DNA from: Bacteroidales bacterium
GTDB lineage: Bacteria; Bacteroidota; Bacteroidia; Bacteroidales; VadinHA17
DNA length: 64,000 nucleotides
Assembly (NCBI GenBank): GCA_016715075.1
Contig: JADKBK010000006.1
Span: 95,509-159,508, forward strand
Direction: 5' to 3'
Position numbers and translations under genes: made by a program. Under the pieces are notes generated by a model. It saw only the letters and a list, made by a program, of their open reading frames with translations. It did no database searches and was not told the origin of the DNA. Positions within the stretch are counted from its first letter, which is position 1. Each line of letters starts with the position of its first letter. Shown in pieces: positions 59,120 through 64,000 of the stretch.

Positions 59120-59698
59120 ATGAAAACAGAACTGATTCTCGAGATTATACAGGAAAGATGGAGTCCATACGCCTTCTCTCCGGCTCCGGTAGAAGAATTC
59201 AAGCTGAAGGCGATGTTTGAGGCTGCAGGCTATGCTCCATCGTGTAATAATGAACAGCCATGGATATTTGTATATACCACACAGAATGACGGAAAAACAT
59301 TCAGTGATTACGTTGATTTCCTGAATGAGTCTAACCGGGTTTGGGCAAAAGAGGCCTATTCACTTGTGATAAGTATGGCAAGGACCCGATTCTCTAAAAA
59401 CAACAAGATCAACAGATATGCTTTCCATGATACGGGCATGGCCGTAACAAATATGCTTATGCAGGCGCTTGCGCTGGATATTTATGTTCACCAGATGGGC
59501 GGTTTTTCTGCTGAAAAGGTTAAAGAGTATTTCAGACTTGATGAAACTATTGAGCCTGTTGCTGTTATGGCAATAGGTTATATGGGTGACGGAAATAACC
59601 TTTCTCCTGAACTGTTAAAAAGAGATGAACAAAGACGACCCAGAAAATCGGTAAATGAGTATTCCTTTAGAAATTCACTGTCAAATTCCGCTTTCTGA
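59120..59698 (+). CDS. nitroreductase-family protein
   Basis: 192 aa with RWSPYAFS and APSCNNEQPW motifs. Confidence 0.75.
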   Translation: MKTELILEIIQERWSPYAFSPAPVEEFKLKAMFEAAGYAPSCNNEQPWIFVYTTQNDGKTFSDYVDFLNESNRVWAKEAYSLVISMARTRFSKNNKINRYAFHDTGMAVTNMLMQALALDIYVHQMGGFSAEKVKEYFRLDETIEPVAVMAIGYMGDGNNLSPELLKRDEQRRPRKSVNEYSFRNSLSNSAF

Positions 59699-59716
59699 TC
59701 GCGCCTATCTAAACTG

Positions 59717-60406
59717 CTATTTATTTTTTGTTTTTGCCTTTTTCCTGACCTTCGCCTCGGCAGGTTTATTAAACTTCTGATTTTTGAACAGCCCGTGTTT
59801 GATCCCGCTGACAAACTTTGCCCACGCGAAAGGATTAAGCAGGTTATTTACCGGATACTGCTGATGGGTTGCCATGGCATCAAAATTCTGATTCATGGCA
59901 TACCTGTAACCTGCCTCTGGTGAGACTCTTACACCAACCTGATTAGACATCGCCACATAGATTGAAGCCAGGTTATCATTCATGTTTTCAATGATAGGAT
60001 CAACCGGCTTTTCTTTTGTCATATCCTTGAGAAAATCATTATAGGTCTTCCATGGCAGGATCGTTACCTCACGGATTGTAATTGTATCAATATCAAGTAT
60101 AATGTCGACATTGCATTGCCTGCCTTCGAAAGCTTCCGGGATGATGGTATGGTATCTTTTAAATCCGAGGGCCCTGAAAAATATAGTATCATCAGCCGTA
60201 CTAGGTATGGAATAGATGCCGGTTCTTTCACTAACTGTGCCTCTTTTAAGCTTCTTGGAAATTACAGCAACGCCTGATACAGGTCTGTACGACTCATCGA
60301 CAATTAATCCGCTAACCTGAATGTATGCTTGTCTTTCAGTTGTCTGACCGTGAACGGCGAGAAAAGTGACAGTTGACAATAAAATAGTATAAATAACTCT
60401 GTTCAA
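59717..60406 (-). CDS. carboxypeptidase-regulatory-like domain protein (secreted)
   Basis: 229 aa with a signal peptide and VSGLIVDESYRPVSGVAVI..GTVSERTGIYSI. Confidence 0.45.
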   Translation of the reverse strand: MNRVIYTILLSTVTFLAVHGQTTERQAYIQVSGLIVDESYRPVSGVAVISKKLKRGTVSERTGIYSIPSTADDTIFFRALGFKRYHTIIPEAFEGRQCNVDIILDIDTITIREVTILPWKTYNDFLKDMTKEKPVDPIIENMNDNLASIYVAMSNQVGVRVSPEAGYRYAMNQNFDAMATHQQYPVNNLLNPFAWAKFVSGIKHGLFKNQKFNKPAEAKVRKKAKTKNK

Positions 60407-60673
60407 TTAGAACCCTGTTTTCTGATGCTTTTGTAATTCGTCTGCAAAATAATCATTATTGAGTGTAATGCTAAAACATTTAACCATTTTTTAACGTACT
60501 GACGGATCTTATATTTTCAACCTCATAAACTGTTTTCAATAATTTAGATCTTTCATCATATATTAATAATGAAAATATTCCAATATTTGTTTACTTGATT
60601 TTTACGATTATCACATAGCATACAATTACTATTATGATTCTCATTTTGTACCTCTTTATTATCTGATCCTTAT

Positions 60674-62278
60674 ATGAAAAAGCTACTGTTGCTTGGTGAT
60701 GAGGCAATTGCCCAGGCTGCGCTGGATGCGGGATTAAGCGGAATGTATGCTTACCCCGGTACTCCTTCAACCGAGATTATGGAATATATTCAGGCTTCAC
60801 CTGAAGCTGCTGACCGAAAAGTTCACAGGGAGTGGTCATCAAATGAAAAAACTGCCATGGAAGCAGCTCTTGGCATGTCATATGCCGGCAAAAGAGCAAT
60901 GGTGGCTATGAAGCACGTGGGACTTAATGTTGCAGCCGATGGTTTTATTAATTCAGCGATGACTGGTGTTAATGGAGGGCTGATAGTAGTATCGGCTGAT
61001 GATCCTTCGATGCATTCATCACAGAATGAACAGGATTCGAGATTTTATGGCCGTTTTGCCCTTGTCCCATGCTTCGAACCTTCAAATCAGCAGGAGGCAT
61101 ATGAGATGATCTTCGATGCCTTTGAGCTTTCGGAAAAATTCAGGATACCTGTATTGTTCAGGATCACAACCCGGCTTGCCCATTCAAGAGCCAGTGTGTC
61201 AGGAAGAGAGCCTGTTCCTGAGAAAAAGCTGACTCTTCCTGAAGATCCGGGTCAGTTTGTTCTGCTTCCCGCCATTGCCAGGAAAAAATACAAGAACCTG
61301 TTATCAACATTTGAAACTGTAAAGTATGATTTCAGACTTGGTAAGTATAATAATTTCAGTGATGGAAGGAAAAGAGAGCTTGGTATAATAGCATGCGGCA
61401 TTGCCTATAACTATCTTATGGAAAATATCAGTGATGCAGCCGATGATTTTCCTGTTCTGAAAATTTCTGCATACCCTTTTACAAAAGAGCTGATAGTTGA
61501 TATTACTTCACGTTGCGATGAAATTCTTGTTCTCGAAGAAGGGGCGCCGGTTGTTGAAGAAGCACTCAGGGGAATCCTTGACAACGGGATAAAGATTTAC
61601 GGAAGACTCGACGGTACTGTGCCTCGCGACGGAGAGCTTAATCCCTCCATTGTTGCCAGGGCTCTGGGATTACCTGTCAGTTTTGGTGATAACGTGCCAG
61701 CTGTGGTAAAGATGAGACCTCCTTCTTTTTGTAAAGGATGCGGACATGCTGATATGTTTACAGCTCTGAATGAAGCGGTTAATCCATTTGGTCCCGGAAG
61801 AGTTTTTTCTGATATCGGCTGCTATACTCTGGCAGCACTTCCTCCATATTGCTCAATAATTTCCTGTGTCGACATGGGTGCATCAGTTACTATGTCGGTC
61901 GGTGCTGCAGATGCCGGGTTATTTCCATCCATTGCAGTCATCGGGGATTCCACCTTTACTCATTCCGGGATGACAGGACTTCTTGATGCTGTAGTTAAGA
62001 ATTCACCTGTAACAATAATTATCACCGATAATTCAACCACAGGTATGACCGGCGGACAACAATCACAGGCAACAGGGAGATTAAGACAGATATGTGAGGG
62101 TCTGGGAGTCGCTTCTGAACATGTTATTGAGATCGTTCCTCTGCGGAAGAATCACGATGAGAACGTTCGTATTATGAGGGAAGAGTTTGAATATAAAGAT
62201 GTATCAGTGATAATCGCCTCACGTGAGTGCATTCAGACTGCAACCAGGAGAAAGCGGACAGAAGCATCAGCTGAATAA
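60674..62278 (+). CDS. iorA: indolepyruvate:ferredoxin oxidoreductase, alpha subunit (TPP-binding)
   Basis: 534 aa with N-terminus LLGDEAIAQAALDAGLSGMYAYPGTPSTEI, a C-terminal TPP motif GDSTFTHSG, and CKGCGH. Confidence 0.8.
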   Translation: MKKLLLLGDEAIAQAALDAGLSGMYAYPGTPSTEIMEYIQASPEAADRKVHREWSSNEKTAMEAALGMSYAGKRAMVAMKHVGLNVAADGFINSAMTGVNGGLIVVSADDPSMHSSQNEQDSRFYGRFALVPCFEPSNQQEAYEMIFDAFELSEKFRIPVLFRITTRLAHSRASVSGREPVPEKKLTLPEDPGQFVLLPAIARKKYKNLLSTFETVKYDFRLGKYNNFSDGRKRELGIIACGIAYNYLMENISDAADDFPVLKISAYPFTKELIVDITSRCDEILVLEEGAPVVEEALRGILDNGIKIYGRLDGTVPRDGELNPSIVARALGLPVSFGDNVPAVVKMRPPSFCKGCGHADMFTALNEAVNPFGPGRVFSDIGCYTLAALPPYCSIISCVDMGASVTMSVGAADAGLFPSIAVIGDSTFTHSGMTGLLDAVVKNSPVTIIITDNSTTGMTGGQQSQATGRLRQICEGLGVASEHVIEIVPLRKNHDENVRIMREEFEYKDVSVIIASRECIQTATRRKRTEASAE

Positions 62279-62295
62279 TTAAAAAATGAAAAAAA

Positions 62296-62880
62296 ATGAA
62301 GAATGACATCATACTATCCGGCGTCGGAGGTCAGGGGATCTTATCGATCGCTGCAGCAATAGGTCTGGCAGCTGTTGCCAATGAACTCTTCCTTAAACAG
62401 TCTGAGGTGCACGGCATGAGTCAGAGAGGCGGTGATGTTCAGTCTCACCTGAGACTGTCCGATAAGCCTGTATCCTCTGACCTGATCCCTCACGGGAAAG
62501 CAGATCTGATAATCTCTGTCGAACCTATGGAATCTTTAAGATATCTTCCCTGGCTTTCCGGAGAGGGATGGCTGGTGACAAATTCAAACCCCTTCATAAA
62601 TATTCCGGATTATCCGCCTGTCGAAGATATAATCACTGAGATCAAAAAAGTGAAGAATCATATTATTATTGACGCAGACACTATAGCAAAAGAGGTCGGA
62701 TCAGCCCGTTCAGGAAATATGGTCATACTGGGAGCTTCCTCATGGTTTATTGATATGTCTGAAGGTAGTATCCGTGAGGCAATAAAAAATCTCTTTGGAA
62801 AAAAAGGGGAGGAGATCGTTGAAGTCAACCTGAAAGCTTTTATGGCAGGACGAGCCTATACGGCTGGTATCAGATCCTGA
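62296..62880 (+). CDS. iorB: indolepyruvate:ferredoxin oxidoreductase, beta subunit
   Basis: 194 aa with GVGGQGILS and EVHGMSQRGG. Confidence 0.8.
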   Translation: MKNDIILSGVGGQGILSIAAAIGLAAVANELFLKQSEVHGMSQRGGDVQSHLRLSDKPVSSDLIPHGKADLIISVEPMESLRYLPWLSGEGWLVTNSNPFINIPDYPPVEDIITEIKKVKNHIIIDADTIAKEVGSARSGNMVILGASSWFIDMSEGSIREAIKNLFGKKGEEIVEVNLKAFMAGRAYTAGIRS

Positions 62881-63871
62881 ACAGCGCATTCAGGAAAATA
62901 AAGCCTGATGTGGGAAGATTAATTGAATAAGGAATAGAATTCTGATAATCGATAGCTAGTTTAAAATTTTCATTAAAATTCTTCTGAAGCCCGAATATCA
63001 CAAGGTTCCCATCTTTGGCAAAATTCCAGGGTTGGGTTTCACCGGGAATAGTTACAGAACCGGAATAATCATAACGGGCAAAGATCTCATATTTCCGTGA
63101 CAGTTTGACTGATCCTGTGGAGGAGATACCCCACACATCGTGTCCCTCAACTTTATCAATGCTGGTTTTATAGTGAAGGGATACTCCAAAATTGATCCAT
63201 TTGTTGTCAGTTCCTGCAAATGATGACAAAGTATATTGGAAAATTCCGTCGTTGTTGTTCAGATCGTTGTAAAACCTGAATGCGTAATGGTTGGTTGGCC
63301 TGTATGTCAATCCTGCAGCTGTTTTTACTCCGTTGTCAAGCTGGACTTCTGAATAACCCTCACCATTTGTTACTGCAATATCTGCGGAGAGTTTATCACT
63401 GATTTTGTAATCAAGTACCACACCAAGATCAGCAATATAGCCGTACTTGTTCCGTACTTCAAACTCATTTGAGATAAATCTTTTTCCCCAGAACTGCTGA
63501 AGATAATCGAAGTGCCTGGTTGTGGTCAGCCCGAATGAGACCTTAACCCTGTCTTTATCGTAGGTAACAGAAGCCTCTCTGAAAAATGCATATCTCCGAG
63601 GTGAAGCCTGCTTTGGAAGATCTTCCGGAGTACCTATGTTTAAGACTACTTTAAAGGAGAAATTGTTACCGGGAAGGTAGTTGTATCCGAAGTAGGCTCT
63701 GCTGATACCGAAACCGGTTGTTTTGGCAGTATCATTTAAATCGATATGAAAATCGGTGATAATCTGCATTATCGGTTTGCCTGATGTCGCCAGATCCTGA
63801 GAATGAGCGAATCCATGAAGAAAAAGTATAAACAGAAGGAAGGGCAGGATCCTTTTCATTGAAATTTGCAA
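62870..63871 (-). CDS. outer-membrane porin-like beta-barrel protein
   Basis: 333 aa with a signal peptide, an alternating beta-strand pattern and a terminal aromatic (..NALFRI). It overlaps the iorB end by 11 nt (convergent). Confidence 0.45.
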   Translation of the reverse strand: MQISMKRILPFLLFILFLHGFAHSQDLATSGKPIMQIITDFHIDLNDTAKTTGFGISRAYFGYNYLPGNNFSFKVVLNIGTPEDLPKQASPRRYAFFREASVTYDKDRVKVSFGLTTTRHFDYLQQFWGKRFISNEFEVRNKYGYIADLGVVLDYKISDKLSADIAVTNGEGYSEVQLDNGVKTAAGLTYRPTNHYAFRFYNDLNNNDGIFQYTLSSFAGTDNKWINFGVSLHYKTSIDKVEGHDVWGISSTGSVKLSRKYEIFARYDYSGSVTIPGETQPWNFAKDGNLVIFGLQKNFNENFKLAIDYQNSIPYSINLPTSGFIFLNALFRI

Positions 63872-64000
63872 TCGATCAGGTTGATTCCGGTTTTAGTTAA
63901 GTTAAATCTCTCAGTTTGGTGTAGGCTTTCAGAGAATTTGGCTCAAAGATATCAACAAATGATATTTATGCAAATTTTGCAAAGGCGATATTATTTGAAT

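Overview
The window looks like a Bacteroidota-type chromosomal segment. TAnnTTTG -7 boxes sit upstream of several starts, and the gene families fit: HYC_CC_PP/CusCBA, hexuronate/pectin enzymes, split YeeE. I count about 60 genes, mostly on the minus strand, in four themes. (1) Sulfur assimilation and Cys/Met synthesis: cysK-cysE-metY-response regulator-metB-like-larE at 1-6.1 kb, DUF2061-cysH-cysD-cysN at 14.1-17.6 kb, and exported rhodaneses plus split YeeE/YedE at 48.5-51.8 kb. (2) A CusCBA-type heavy-metal RND efflux operon with CDMC-motif HMA-like domains at 6.1-14.1 kb. (3) A glycan/pectin/hexuronate utilisation region at 24.6-46.2 kb: GH35, GH30, BNR, kdgK, DegT, uxaE, lacI, exuT, gnd, GFO, LarA-like, uxaC, uxuB, GH105-like, kduI, kduD. 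(4) Housekeeping and miscellaneous genes: mqnA, purB, ABC exporter, truA, AKR, ankyrin protein, serine hydrolase, SRAP, nitroreductase, iorAB, porin. I saw no rRNA, tRNA, CRISPR, transposase, integrase or recognisable defence genes. Two things go beyond routine annotation. (a) Seven GC-rich intergenic elements lie just downstream of stop codons. They are built from a recurring ~34-nt C-tract/G-tract hairpin core, short-period (mostly 7-nt) tandem arrays and inverted arms, and several carry canonical G-quadruplex motifs. One of them splits cysD from cysN. (b) Gene lesions are unusually dense. There are at least 10 +/-1 frameshifts beside short homopolymers; three of them cut off Cys-containing C-terminal tails, two fall at the homologous codon of paralogous domains, and one pair is compensating and invisible in the ORF track. 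There is also an in-frame TGA in a LarA-like gene, apparent in-frame deletions in metY and cusA, and a uxaC-uxuB fusion that depends on a T7 run. Sequence alone cannot tell me whether (b) is assembly error or real decay or recoding. All calls rest on reading the translations and DNA by eye; no searches or computations were run.
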